Origin: Laetmonice hystrix
Lineage: Eukaryota
Assembly: GCA_965235115.1 (NCBI GenBank)
Contig: OZ249449.1
Location: forward strand, 7,502,001 to 7,566,000
DNA: 64,000 bases
Reading direction: 5' to 3'
The notes beneath the pieces are model-generated. The model was not told the DNA's origin, searched no databases, and saw nothing but the letters and a program-made list of their open reading frames with translations. Positions within the stretch are counted from its first letter, which is position 1; each line of letters starts with the position of its first letter. Shown here one piece after another: positions 1-14,200 of the stretch. Made by a program: the position numbers and the translations under genes.

Positions 1-3000
1 TATCATGTATAATTCAGACTGTACACACTCCTTGTTTGCCTTCTTTGCCTCATTAGTATAATTACTATGACATAAATATAATATCTATTACTAATATATC
101 ATTATACATGTTTGTAAATTACTAGTACTATGACCAAGTTGCAACTTGCATGATTATGTTCTTGACCTGATAAAGTCTAGCTACAGCTATTTCTAAACAC
201 AAATCTGCACATGTGTAGAACCTGGTAGAACGCGTCAACATAATAAAATGAGCCAACAATTACATCATCACATGTTAAACACTTCAAACTGCACCGGTGT
301 AGGCAACCTTATTACATAAGTTAATAATCATAGGTCTATAGGCACATTTAATTTCACTGGTCGCGATGCCGTCCCATGCAGCCGTAGCCAGACGGTGTGT
401 CTGAGAGAGTGGGACCCCAGCTGATCCGACTCGAACTCGAAGGCCGTTCACGGTGGGGCCAGGCTGGACCAGGGCAGGCTCAGCTGTCATCATCATTCCA
501 ACGTATTCCTATAGACATCCACCCAGCAACTCCCTTTTCAGTGACATCTCAAAATTCCAAACCCACATGCACAATGAACACACCCATAGCCTTCTGCAAC
601 GTTGAAGCCACTACACTTGAACTAGGGCAGACTGTACGCCAGCCATGGGCGGCATAGTACGCGCGACGCTACACAGCAGCCCGTCGTAAACAACACTCAC
701 TTCTACAAATCGAGTTCCTCATCTCACACGTAACGCCCTACCTGCTTCACAGTTTCCTGCCTCCTAACGGATGATTTCCTTCACAACACCATCACATATC
801 ACATACTCTAAGAGTCCCAGATTTCTTCAATAAGAGCAGGGAAAAAGTATTCCGCCTAAACGTAGTTTTCCCCGACATTTAACTAACTAGGTCGAATTTC
901 CATATAGCACTGGCCAGCGTAGTGATACCGCAATATGGCTAGACCGAAACTCATAATTGATTGCGCGTAGGAGACTATCTGGCCATTCCTAGTGGCTTTG
1001 CTCGGATTTTTCAAATAGGTCCGCAGAATACTGACCCTTGCCAGATGATAAATATATTAAAATGCAAAGTTTCATTCACTGCGACTAAAGTAGGCATCAT
1101 ATAGAGGAAGATTTTAGTCCATTGTGAGTGAGTTGGGCAACCGGGAATGTTCCGAGGTCGGTGAGTTTCACTCGGTACAACAATGAGCCAGCGATCGCAG
1201 TGGAAACCCCGCTGGATTGCAAAAACCAGTCGCTTTCACGCTCACATTTTCAGACAGAGTCATCAAATATATAGTAATGACATCAACTGTACCTCAAGTT
1301 GAGCTCCCTCCGACGACATAGACCAATATTGTGGTTTTTTCTGGATCTTCTGCACCGATCCTGCCTTGTCACTAAAAAAGGTGAATGAGCATATGTTCCG
1401 TGTATGCTGAGCTGTGATTGGTTAAGCGTGCCCCACGTGACTTTCATAGACGGAATTCTCAGCGCTGATTGGCTGCTGAAAGCGGACACCTGTCACGTGC
1501 AATGTTTATTCAATGACTTCGTGGTTGCCCGGCACAAACTTTGCCATTTTTTCACAAATCTAGGGCGTGATCCAACTAAACACTGGATGCATATCACACA
1601 TAAACGCCTTTATTCCCCAATAGTATACATTATTAGGCTATTGCATTTCTACTTTTGGAGAACATTGCACTTTTCTCAAGCGGCACTGCCGATCACGCAT
1701 CGCCACATCGGAGACAGGTGCGGTGGCCAATCATGTGGCTCCCAGGGCCCGTACATTAACCAATAGGAATGGCTCTTGAAGCTGAGTCGGCGCTGTAAAT
1801 GGAAACGACGTCATGCCGTGGTTACTATGTGACTTACGAGACGAGCCTAGATACTGACAATGCAATGGCTGATGATGGCGCGTTCGGGGGGTATGGGTAC
1901 GTGGAACGACGGTCCATCTGCCACTCTCTACGATATGGCAGCGATCCCTAACTAAAATCTATAGTAGCTATAGGCTACGTAAACCAGGTCTGTCGGTGTT
2001 ACAGACGTGTCATTCTAGCGGCCTAGACTGGCGGAATGTTGTATTTTTGATCAGCTGATATCCTGACCCACATGATGAACGCTAAATAAGCACAGTCTCA
2101 ACTTCAATGGCTGATTCGATAGTAGGCCTAGATCTAGATCTACACCTAAATGAGTAGACCGCCGACTTTCACTATTATATTAGGCTAGGCCTAGGCTAAT
2201 GCAGTGGGGATCCAAGATTTTGATAAGGGGGACACCAGGATTTTGATAAGGGGGGGGGGGGCACCTATATTTTTTGGATTTTGGCCACAAAAAGAAGAAA
2301 CAATGAAATTAAGGGGGGGACCCCCTGCCCCCTGGATCCACCACTGTAATGCAAGAGGCATTTATAGCCATAGGTCTAGCCTAATGCACACATTAAGCCT
2401 GTGCAGCACTTGCATGATATCATCCGTTAATATCACAATTAATAGGCCTAATAATAGGTGCCTGATGAGGCTTAAGAATGTAAAACTTAATCTTGAAAGA
2501 TAAGCCTATGTACCGCAATAAAAAATAAGATCCTAAAATATTAGCATTACCCCTTTTGTTATTTTCCCATGAATAATAATAACATTGTAGAAAATAATGT
2601 CGTTCATAATTTTTTATTTATTTTTTATCAACCCATAGGCCTAGGCCTATTCAACCAGGATTACCCACTGGACTGATATCTTCCGAAATACCTGTCACCA
2701 TTTTGACGGTTAGGTTGGGTTCCTTAATGAAGCCCAATTAATAAAGACAGGAAAATGCGTCTATGAAAAAGCCTAGACTCTACACTCCAGGCCTTATTAT
2801 TATAACAATAAAAAAAAGTGGACACTACCACTACCTACATTGAAAACAACAAACTTGTAGGCCTATGTATACATTTGAAATTTCGGCCAATATAATATTT
2901 AACAAGGGTTCATAAGCCATTTGCATAACAAAACTTTTTTCACTGGTCGTAGGCTGTGAAAGCACAGAATAGGTATGTAGGGTACTCTGTGGTGAAAGGG

Positions 3001-3588
3001 CGAGTGGCACAGCGGTGGTGCCATCTGACGGCAAAGTGTAACATCCTCACAGGACGCCATGACAGAACGTTTTGCGTGAGACTCACAAGGTGGCGCCAGT
3101 TAAATCCGAGGGCGCCCGAACTGCGGAGCGACGCTGGGCGCTGCGATCGCACCGCACCGCCGTGCAGCCCTTTTCCTCTCTCCAAAGTGCCCTTTTTTAT
3201 TTTTAGGAAAGATTTTTAAAATTTAAATATCAAATAATGTTCTTTGCAAGGCTGGTTTATAGGCCTATCGTGTATTTGGCACTGTAATTTTATTTTTTTT
3301 CTGGGGGAGGGCTCCTAGACCCCCTATTCATGGCTTCGCACCTTCGGCGCTCGCATCATGTGGGACACCCCTACCAAATTCCTGGATCCGCCCCTGAGGC
3401 CTACTTTTATTTTGCTGTTTATTTGGCTACTCACTGGGGGAGGGGGGTGGTTTGAGAAAGTGCCCCTTTTTACAGCACCCCCCCCCCCCTCCTTGAAAAT
3501 CCTGGATCCGCCCGGGCTGCGTGCGTTGTGTCTTCTAAACTCTCCACTAAACGTAAACTCGTCCACAACACAGACTGTCAACTAGTTA

Positions 3589-3788
3589 AGCTGTATCCTC
3601 ACTGGACGCGTGCGACGCGAGCGACGCGCGCGTTTTTTTTAAAGAAGTAATGGAAATGAATGGAGCGCGTCACAAAAAATCTCGCGCGCATCGCGCGCGA
3701 CCAGTGCAGATGGCTCCATTCATTTTCATTACTTCTAAAATAAACGCGCGTGTCGCTCGCGTCGCACGCGTTCAGTGAGGATACAGCT
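3589..3788. mobile_element. Palindromic MITE with TTA TSD (PIF/Harbinger/Tourist-like)
   Basis: AGCTGTATCCTCACTGGACGCGTGCGACGCGAGCGAC... mirrored at 3745-3788; TTA at 3586-3588 and 3789-3791. Confidence 0.8.
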
Positions 3789-4816
3789 TTAGGCTTGATC
3801 CCTACCAGCACGGAGCTAAAAAAAAGTACACTCAAATACACCCCCCCCCCCCTCCGGTACACACGCACACAGCTCTAGAGACGCACGCCGTTGCCAATTA
3901 GCGCCGGGAATGTCAACAGCTGACACGCGACGGTTCGAAGCGTTCCGCACGGTGAGCACGGATGACGTAGGACTCGGTACATGCATGGTCACAACTTGTC
4001 GTGCCAGCTTGTCAAACGATGATGATTAAGTAGGTCAAGCTTAGCGTTCCCATAAATCATAACATCTTTGCGTCTTCTCTAGTCGATCTGGCACCTCGAC
4101 TAGACAGCGCGCGCTGTGGTAGCGTTGACACCTGTCAATCAAAAACCAGTGGCGGGAAAGTTTGTGTCCTACATTTTCGGAAATGCACGTTTCGTTATTG
4201 GCCTCAGTGATGTAGGCCTACATTGGGGTCAATCATTTTCAAACAACCGCGAAACGCTATTAAAGGGGTGTCACAAAAATGTGGGTCCAAATGGGAGAAC
4301 ATAGCCTAGGGCCTACTTGTTGCCATTTCCAATATTAAGGGCCAGGGTTAGGTTTGGGGCAGGGATAAAAAATAGGAAAGAAATAGTGATATCGTTTTAT
4401 AGTTCATATATGAAAATGTAAAGGCGTTATCATTAAAGATTTGCCAAGATCAGCCTTCAAGATGTCGATGCAAACATTGAATATGTCAGGATAAACATGA
4501 TTATTAAATCAACATAAACTTTGTCCGATCTTTCGATGGATTTCTTCTCTTGTGATTGACTTCTGGAGTAGGGGGCAGGATACATTATGACATATCAATA
4601 GGTCTGAATACGTAGGGGTCAGGAAACATTATGACAAATTGACAGATCGATTCCTACCGAAAATGACACAGTGTGCTACTGTAGGTCGACGGAATCCTTG
4701 GTTTGAAAATTAAAAGGAATTGGGCAGGAAAACTAAAGGGGGAACTGATCCTGGAGCTTGGTCCATGTCCTACCGTTCGAAGATCTGGCGTCAGGAGAAC
4801 ACACGATAACCCATTG

Positions 4817-4993
4817 CAGGCGCGGATCCAGAGGGGGGGGGGGGGGTCCAGGGGGTCCGGACCCCTCCCTGCTCGGGTCCAACTTAGGTTTTTGTAATGT
4901 TATCGGGGAAGGGCCCCAGACCATTGGCCCATCCCCCGGCGGCTCGCATCTTCTGGACCCCTCCCCCTGCAAAAATTTCTGGATCCGCGCCTG
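4817..4993. mobile_element. Short GGATCC-terminal G-run MITE (relatives at 2202-2346, ~3290-3514, ~16820, ~34215, ~62135)
   Basis: 15-bp TIR CAGGCGCGGATCCAG / CTGGATCCGCGCCTG; the 2202-2346 copy is flanked by TAATG direct repeats. Confidence 0.65.
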
Positions 4994-5147
4994 AATTGAG
5001 AAACAACCGATTTGGAACCTTGAAGATTAAAAGGAATAGGGCAGAACCCTCCAACCCTTTGATCAGGCTTTCTTTAATCTGATACATGAACCGGTCGAAG
5101 TATGAGTGACAATATTATCTAAGGAATCTATAGAACGCAGTCTTGTC

Positions 5148-5155
5148 TATAAAAA
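5148..5155 (+). promoter_or_regulatory. Candidate TATA box of lectin 1
   Basis: TATAAAAA ~115 nt upstream of the ATG, in a block also conserved upstream of copy 2. Confidence 0.5.
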
Positions 5156-5267
5156 TTGATTAACCGTTCAAAACTATACCGTCCCCGTTCAAAACTACTG
5201 CGCCGTTTTAAAGTTCCCCTCGCAATCCGAGCTGTAGGGGTGTGGATTATTGAAACACTGTGTTACC

Positions 5268-8200
5268 ATGGTCGTCAGGGTGGGAAAGGTCGTCACCATT
5301 TTCATTGTCATTCTGGGTAAGTTCTCGAAATCTTTAGGATTTCTTTGAGCCTTGATCAATAAGTAAATATTTGTTAATAGTACATAGCACAAGTGGTGGA
5401 ACCACTGGGGCGAACACACAGGCCTACTTATCAGACTCTGACGTTAAGAATAAAAGAAACTAATAATGGTAAATCAATAGAAAAGTCACACATCTTAAGC
5501 AAAGAACATAGAAATATGTATGAACTCTGAAGTAGTTTATAGAAAATACGAAAGATGGATCATTCCCTTAATCCAAACTATCTTGTGACGTATAGCTGGA
5601 TCTACGCTTGTGTTTATAAATCTATTCTATGTAGTCTCTCTCTGTCTCTCTCTCTGTCTCTCTCTGTCTCTCTCTTGTCTCTTTCTGTCTCTCTCTCTCT
5701 ATCCCTTCTCTATTGTTTCTTCCTTTCTGTCCCTCCCCCTCTCTTATCTTTCCCTCTGCCCCTCCCCTCTCTCTGCCCTCTCTCCTCTTTTTTCTCTCCC
5801 TCTCTGCTCCGCTCCTCCCTTCATTCTCTCTCCCTCTCTTTCTCTGTCCCCCCTCTCAACAACAGCCCAGAGCGATTGTTATGACTGGGGGAACGAACTC
5901 AATGGTTACGAGTATGACGTGACGTACGACTCGAGCGACTCGGACTTGACGTGGTACGAGGCGCGTGCCGAGTGTATGTCTGAGGGTGGAGACCTTGCCA
6001 GCATCTTAACTGACGAGGAAGACTCCCACATCAAGAACATTGTAAGGAAACAACAACTTCAGCAACACCAACAATACAACATGAATAAGAAGTCATGCAT
6101 GCTCTTTCCATTGAGCCCAAGATTTATGACGTAGCATGACGTCATAGGTCATATATTCTAGACTCATAAGTCGTCACGGGTGCAAGATAGTACCACAGTA
6201 ATCCCTACTAGAACATGTTGGACGGGACACCCCAGGGATGGGATCCTTTGTGGTACTCCACAACATATAGTTATCGCTTATTATCGCTTCTTTGGTGATG
6301 TCCCGACCACATAAGTATGCCGCCGATTGCTGTTTGGTACATGAAAGGTTGTTGAAGGAACCAAATCTAACACAATGATGTACAAAGGGGATTTTAACGG
6401 GGGGTCAGCCAGTGTACTCCGATATTAAAAACTGCGAACACTACTTTGTAATTCTGGGTCACCGGAACCCACCTAACATTTGCTTCTTTATTTCTTTAGA
6501 ACACTCCGCACTCCGGACAAATTTGGATTGGCTTGAAGAAAATCAGTGGCGAGTGGAGGTATTATTAAATCTTAGCAGATAATCAGATATTAATGTTTAA
6601 ATACGCTAGCATGAGATATAAAGGGATATAGTATATATTACGGAGGATAAAGGTTATATGCATAGTTCAGAGACAGGTTCTCATGACAGTGACCATCATC
6701 CTGGGCCCGGTTTTAGAAAGGTTAGTATCTTAACTTAAGCTTTGTTTATGACCTCTGATTGGCCGGTTCTCTCTGCTGCTCAGCTTCAACCAGCCAATGA
6801 GAGACTGTAAGCTGAGCTTAACTTAAGATCTTAATCTTTCTGAAACCGGGCCCTGAACATGTTTTTTTTTCTAAAAGAATTACCTTCTGTATCAGGTGGA
6901 CAGATGGTTCCACCTTTTCTCGGTCACAATGGGCATACAAGGAGCCAGTTCGGGATAATTGGTGCGTCCAAAGACTAAGCCGAATCTCATGTAAGGATCC
7001 TGTAATGTACTCATACAATGTACATGCTTGTTTTGCAAAGCACATGTATAGCCTTATAGCTCTATTATTATCTCTCCGAATTTTGCGGGAGTCTTACCAT
7101 AAGATGCCCCCTCGTTGTAAAAACCAGTGCCTTGAATACCTTTCATATTTTTGATTTCCATTTTCATTTGTCTTGTGTATAGATCTATAATAGTTACATA
7201 GCAACATAGACACGTACCCAAAACATTCACACAACATAATACTGTACATCCTTCATAGATTTTGAACATCTACGTACACCCCGACGTAGGTATACATCAT
7301 TAGTTACAAAATTACAGCTAGATGGTATAGCGTGAACTGTGCTGATACCGTGGGTCGACTATGTAAACGGAAGAAAGGTTCGACAGGACCGATCACCACG
7401 ACCCCTTCAACTCCAGTAGGAGGGTACTGTCCGACCGGCTACATCGGGGTCGCACCCACCAGTAAGTGTGTAACTAATACGGGAATAACTCAATCAATCA
7501 ATCAATTAGTCAATCAATCAATCAAGAGATACTCTCATTGCCAAGTAGAATGGCATTTTTGCTAAAAGTGTGTTTAAAAAAAAAAATTACGCTGCCATAT
7601 AATTTGGATTTGTTTATAAAGTTATATTTATTCGAATTTTGCGATGTTGACATAGCAATATAAATGTGAAACTAGTACGCGAATCACTCAATCAAGCAAT
7701 TAGTCAATCAATCAAGTGATAATCTATTGCCAGGTTGTGTGACATGGAAATCTTTGCTAATGGTTCGAAAGCGCTACCATACTTATTATTTTGGTCTGTT
7801 TATAAAGTTATATGTATTTTAATTTAGCAATGTTAACAAACTAATATAAATGTATGCCTTTGATATTTATCTCATCTTGCTCAATGTGACCGAGTTGGAT
7901 TTTTTTTCGGCTCAAGGTGACCGGTGTTACAAGTTCACCAGACTGACCGGAAGTGCTGGTGTAACCTGGGAAGATGCCCAGCTTTCGTGTTTAAAGGCAG
8001 ACCACCCTGGAGCAACGCTTGCGTCTATCACATCACCGGAGGAAAATGGTGGGTTGCTTCATACGAAACGTCCTTAAATTTCGTACGAAAAAAAATCAGC
8101 CAAAAATTGGCTGATTAGAATATATGACTATAAGTTGTGCTTTCATTCCCGACTTTAATTAGATCTAACTTTGTTTTTGCACACTTTGCACCAATGAATC

Positions 8201-11200
8201 TAAACATCTTTAGGGGCACCATTGGCCAAGGGGGGGGGGGGCGGGTTCGCACGCCACGACCCCCCTCGGACGTCTGTGGTGTTAGTATTTCCTCCCATTT
8301 TTCGCAAAGTCACAATAAGGAGCCTACCCATTGCAAATAACCTCTTATTATAGGCCTACATGTCACCTGCTTAAATCACCCGGAACACTTTCAAAAAATA
8401 GGTGTTACTGTTGATCTTTTCGATTTCCATGTCCACCTTCATTGAACTGTCACTTGTACAACTGTTGACAGCCGCCATACTGATGCAGTTGGTAAACATG
8501 CCATCAGAAGAAGGATTCTGGATCGGGATGTCTCGAGAATCTCAATCCTACGCGTGGGGTTGGGCTGATAATGTAGAGGTCACCTTCACCTACTGGCATG
8601 GTGATTTTAGTCCCTCTGATGTACGTAAAACGAAATAACAATGCGTAAAATCAGAGTGCTGTACGTTTAGCCTTCATATCATATTGATTATATTAATTTA
8701 TAATTTAGTGTATACTTCTTGTACCTCCCCGTTTGATAACCAAAAGTAAAAACAGTGCCTTTTAAAAACTGTTCTCAACGTTTCGGTAATTGTGTTCAAA
8801 TCAGACATCGTATACTTTCCTACCCGTTAGGGGCATTGCTGCGGTTCTAACAAGTCATTTCCGGTTATTCCCAAGGAAATCCCAAGTATTTATAGCTGTG
8901 CTATTTCAGACCGGCTGCGTCTTCACATCGTCTGAAAGTATCCCATCAGGCAGCTGGGAAGATGGCGACTGCTCGCGTAGAAAGAATTACATTTGTCAGA
9001 TTTATAAAGGTGCGATATTACATGTATATATTCCTACTTGCTCTGTAGGTGGTATCTAAAAACACAAAATCCGAATTCAACGTTTAATAAATCCTTTAAA
9101 AATGAACGAAAATATACATGTAGAGAAAAAGAGAAGGTGCAAAATAGAATATATGGGTTGCAACATCAACCTGTGGCTTCTGCGGAAACGTTCTGTGGCT
9201 TCTGCGGACCAGGTCAGTTGGCGTCTGAATATAGCTTTGTGGCCTCAAAGTATATCTTCTACGCAGAAATTTCCACTCCATAATGATTGTACAAAGTTTG
9301 TGATCTCAATGTCTTCTTAGTATTCCGCTAGGTGTCGCTCTCTAGATATGAATTGCTATCATAAAAAATGGAGCTAAAATTGCCGTTGAATGACATAACC
9401 TTGAGAATATGGATGCCAGCTTGGTATATTGGTAAATGATTCTCTTTAGATTCCGGGAATTTTATCTCCACCCCTCCGCCAACGCCGCCCAACTCGTGTG
9501 AACCTGGTGAGACTGCATACCTGGAAGGATGCTACTCTCTGGTAACGAACGCTCAGACTTGGAATCAGGCGTCGACCACCTGTAAAAACAGAGGAGCTTA
9601 TCTTGTCGATATCCACGACGTGGGTGAAAACGGAGCGGTGCTGTTGGCCATGTTACCAGGGCAGCAGACTAAGACATGGATTGGGTTCCACAAGGATGAA
9701 GTATGTATGGAATTATGGACATCATTATGAGGGGTTAAATGGGGTTTAATGAATAGTATGTTCATGCATTAATGTGGTTGTTCATGCATGTCTGGGCCCG
9801 GTTTCAGGACTCAACCACATACAGGTGGACGTCTGGGTGGTACGTCCAGTACACAAACTGGGCTGCGGGTCAGCCAACAATGCCGGTAGGGGGCGGTTGT
9901 GTCGCCTTTGACGCGGTTGGCGAATGGAGCGACACCGTGTGTGAAAGCAAGCTACCATTTATGTGCAAGACGACCACCGGTAAGGGTACGAACAATCGGG
10001 CTTAAGTCGGGGAATGGTCGTGACGTTAGTTATAAGGAAACATGTTTTATCGCTCGGGTTTGATCAGATCCAGTCCATAGCGTTATGTAAGGGAAGTTCC
10101 TTTTTTGGTGACAGGCCGACTTGGAACAACTGTCGAGTCGTCGAATCGGTTATCGATGAGTCGAATCAATCATCGATAAATAAGATAATCGATTGATGAG
10201 TCCAATCATTGATAAGTAAAGAAGCTCACTTTGACTACCTTTTGTATTCTTTCTATTTTATTTCTTCTTTTGACTCTAGCCGACCCTATTACTCCACCGC
10301 CGGAAGTCAAAGGTCGTTGCCCTAGCAACTTGTGGACAGCCAGCGGGGGGCACTGTTACAAGTACGTGCCTAAACGGTGGCGATGGCGATATCGAGTTCG
10401 CTTAGGCTTTGACACGTTATGGTATACGAATGGGTGAAGCTATCTTAGGGCTGGAGTTCCATAAACATTTCTCTTTTGGGGGATATCAGGTGTAAAGTTT
10501 ATGAATAGGGGCAGTGATAGAGGATGGAATAGTGCATAAAACAAATTCAAATTCATTGCGTTTGTATCCTTCATAAAATATCATGCACGAGAGCATTTTG
10601 AAATTCGCCTTTAAATAAATCCCCCCCCCCCCTCATATCTTGCTGCAGATTTACTCAATACCTATTATTACAATGTATAAGAACACCTAGACCTGTGTGC
10701 ATTAGCTTTGAACAAAAAGAAGTATGGTCCACATCACATAAAGACGTACAAAAAGACAGTTTGGCGTACTTGTCGGCGTAAAGGAAAAAAAAACTTTGTA
10801 GGCCTACAAATTGGGGACCTACGTCAAAATCGTACAAGTAACACGTTAGACACAAGCAAAGAAGCAAGAGAGGTCATGAAGCAGCCTATTTCAAGTCGGC
10901 TGCTTGCAATACGCCCAGGCTGGAGGGGTTCAAGTGCCTCGATCCACTGTGCAGGCAAAATATGCCATTACATATAGGCCTATAGTCTAGTCGGGGAAGG
11001 GTAGTGGGTGGGTGGGGGGAGCTGCCTGCATGGTCTGGATACACGCACTTGAACTAGCAGCGACTTCGAAATAGGGCTGTTGAAAGGTGACTGACCATGC
11101 GCATGAGGGCAGGGATGAGAAGTCCCGTTCCTGAAGAATAGCTCGACGTAACCTCGGCCAATACTCTCTCAAAAAGGGGGTGGGGGGCTCTAGGAGCCTT

Positions 11201-14200
11201 GGACAGAGGCGGAAGCCGGTACATCCCCCATGGTAACTTAAACCTATCCCTGACCTTAACCCAGACCCCCACCCAAAAATTTTGGGGGAAGTTTCCATGG
11301 GGGAATAGCCCCATCAGGGAGAGTTTGGGCCCAGGCATAGTAGTGGGTACATTCCATCTTTCTACCCTTTCTGAAATCCCGCACTTACGAAGACCAATCT
11401 AATGTTGGTAGGACATGTGGTGACTGTCAAGCCACGTGGCTAGAAGCAAATGGGATCTGTGCCACCTTACACCCGACAGCCACGCTTGCCTCCATTCACA
11501 ACTTTGTGGATAATGATATCATATATAAGATGGCTCAGCAGGACTCGCTTGACTCCGCCGATCCCTATATCGGATTATTCCGCTCCCAGAAAAGTATGTA
11601 GCATTGTGCAATCATAGATTCTACAAGATTGATGGAAGAATAGCATGACACATCGCTACCTCAGTGAAGAAAGGTTGTAAGTGGCAATACGTTAGGTGCA
11701 TGGCGTGATCGAAACTTCAGAGAACGTCATTAGATACAAAGGTTGTTATTTTAAATAATCAGCTCAAATGAGAAAGTTTGAGCTACTGTATAAAATTTGT
11801 GTTTCTCAAATTTACGTTTCTCACAGGTATACAACCTTTCTCCACTGAGCTACTCGAAAACAGGAAAGTGGTAGATACTAAACCTCTGGCCATTAATATA
11901 TTTCACAGAACTTCAGTTCATATTTCTTGTTCAGTTTCTGTTCAGCAAAGCTATATGCCTCTATATTGTACTAAAACTGAAGAAACAGTTTATCAACAAT
12001 ATACATGGGCAATCAACGAACATGTAAGAGGTACCGTGGCCCATAAGGGACAAGCAGCGTAATTTGCTATTTCCAAAGAAAGGTTTTTCGTGACATGCAT
12101 GCCCCTTGTGGGACCGTTTCTTCAATGGTCCACTGTCCTGTTACAGCTGGTAAATTCATGTGGATTGATGGAACAGAAGTCGAGTATACTAAATATGCTC
12201 CTGGCGAGCCGAGAGCTCCGGACTCTGGCTATGACTGCATCCACATGGAAGTGGCAGATTACCACGACATGTGGGTCTCAAGCCCTTGCAATGTACTCAG
12301 AGGTTATGTTTGCAAGGTTGCTAAGTGTAAGTATATCAACGACTTTATGTCACATAACCAAGTTCTGAGAAGGGTTGGTCCAATGACAAAGGAGCTGGTG
12401 TCCGTAAAACTACAGTTAACGATATGAAGTCAAAATTACATACCCTGTCACCTTTCTATTAATATTGTTCACCCTGTCGATAGGCTTTATTAGGGCAGGC
12501 CCCTATTGGAGCAAATGTACACAGATTTTGGATTAAGTACGATGTTGAATGCATGGTTGGCAAGACAGGCTTTTGGTTGTGTTGTAGTACCGCTCCCGAC
12601 TCCCCCACCGGACGTACCGGGCCAGTGCCCTGATGAGAGGTGGACCAAGTATGGCGAGAACTGCTTCCTGTTCCAACCTGACGAATTCAACACGTGGAAG
12701 GGTGCAAACAAACAGTGCAAGACGGAAGGAGGGGAGGGGTAAGGTTCTAGAAGACTAAAAGATAGAATGTAGCAGGTTTGGTAGAGGGGGTTGCCTGGTC
12801 CCGGTTTTTAAGAACTCTTGTTTCAGAGCTTCTGATTGGTCCTTCAAATGAAGTCATCCAATGAAAGACCACAACAAAAGTCAGTCTTAAAATTTCAGTC
12901 TTAAGATTGGTAAAATGACGAACTAAAAATGCCAAGGGTGAGATAGTTTCTTCTAAATAAAATATCAATGTGACTATAAATGACAATAGCCTTCACAACA
13001 TTTGTCACATTCCGTTGGGTATTATAAACCTGCTTATCTAGCAATGGCTACAGGGATTAAAATTTATATTATCGGTATTTTGGAGATAAAACAAACTTGT
13101 CCAACTATAACATTAAATATTTCAGAAGTCATATGTCGCAAATTTCTGGAAATTTACAGTAGTAAAGTATTCAAGTTGATATGTCAAATAGTCCTTGCAT
13201 GAAACGAAAATTAAAATAGTGTCTCAGGATGATTTCAATACGTCCAACCCTCCATTCGCAGTGCTTTTCTTGCCAAAATCAACTCTTTGGAGGAGAATGA
13301 CTTTACTCACCATACCATGGTGAAAAACGCCAACAGCCCTGAGAAGAGGAACTTCTGGATTGGACTAGCAAAACATGGGCCATGTACGTACACGAAACAG
13401 TTCAACGGTTCTTATAGTCCCGGGGGAGGGGAGGGGGTGTGAAAAAGTGAATGTAGATGTAGACCTGGGGAAGCTTGCAGAAAAGGTTCATTGAATTCAA
13501 TAGAGAATAGCAGTACCGTGCTAAGCCACCAGATGTTGTGACTGTTCTCACGCCGGTTTAACTTTAAATCTCACAAAATCTACGACTTAAAATCTTGTTA
13601 TTACGACTTTAAATCTGGTAATCTGGTAATTACGAGTACGACTTCTTATTTCGTTATTACGACATAAAAAGTCGTTATTATGAAAGAAAAGTCGTAATAT
13701 CGAGATTTAAAGTCATTTTTATGAGATTTAAAAACATATTGTGTGGCACTAAAATTCTGTCGAAGGAAGGGATACGGTACCTTCTTAAATAACCCTTCTC
13801 TGTAATCATCAACGTGTCCTTGACCCTGACAGGGCCGGAGCCGTACCTGTGGGTGAGCGATAATACAAACGTGACGTTTGATAACTGGGGATTCGGAGAG
13901 CCTGACGACACGGTCGGGGAGGAAAACTGTGTCCAGGTGAACCGCGAGACGGCCACGTGGCAGGACGAGGATTGCGCAGACGCGATAGGGTTCGTGTGCA
14001 AAGCTCCCTTGTGTGAGTATCATACATCAAGAAGAGGACTGGATACGTATTGATACAAAAAAAAAATAAACAAGGAAATGGAAACCCGTCGAGTTAGTGA
14101 ATGGAATGTAGTAATGGTCGTGAAAATAGAAATCTCTAATGTGTGACCTTGGAAAATTGACCTTGAATCTCCGTTCTGGAAGCGTATTTTGTTCTCTTTT

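Noticed and set aside
556-615. Minus-strand Cys-rich frame CSGFNVAEGYGCVHCACGF resembling a zinc finger
   Set aside because: Closely bounded by stop codons with no convincing splice sites or recognisable family.
5555-5922. Leu/Ser-rich hydrophobic ORFs as membrane proteins
   Set aside because: Translations of the CT tract; the real exon starts at 5866.
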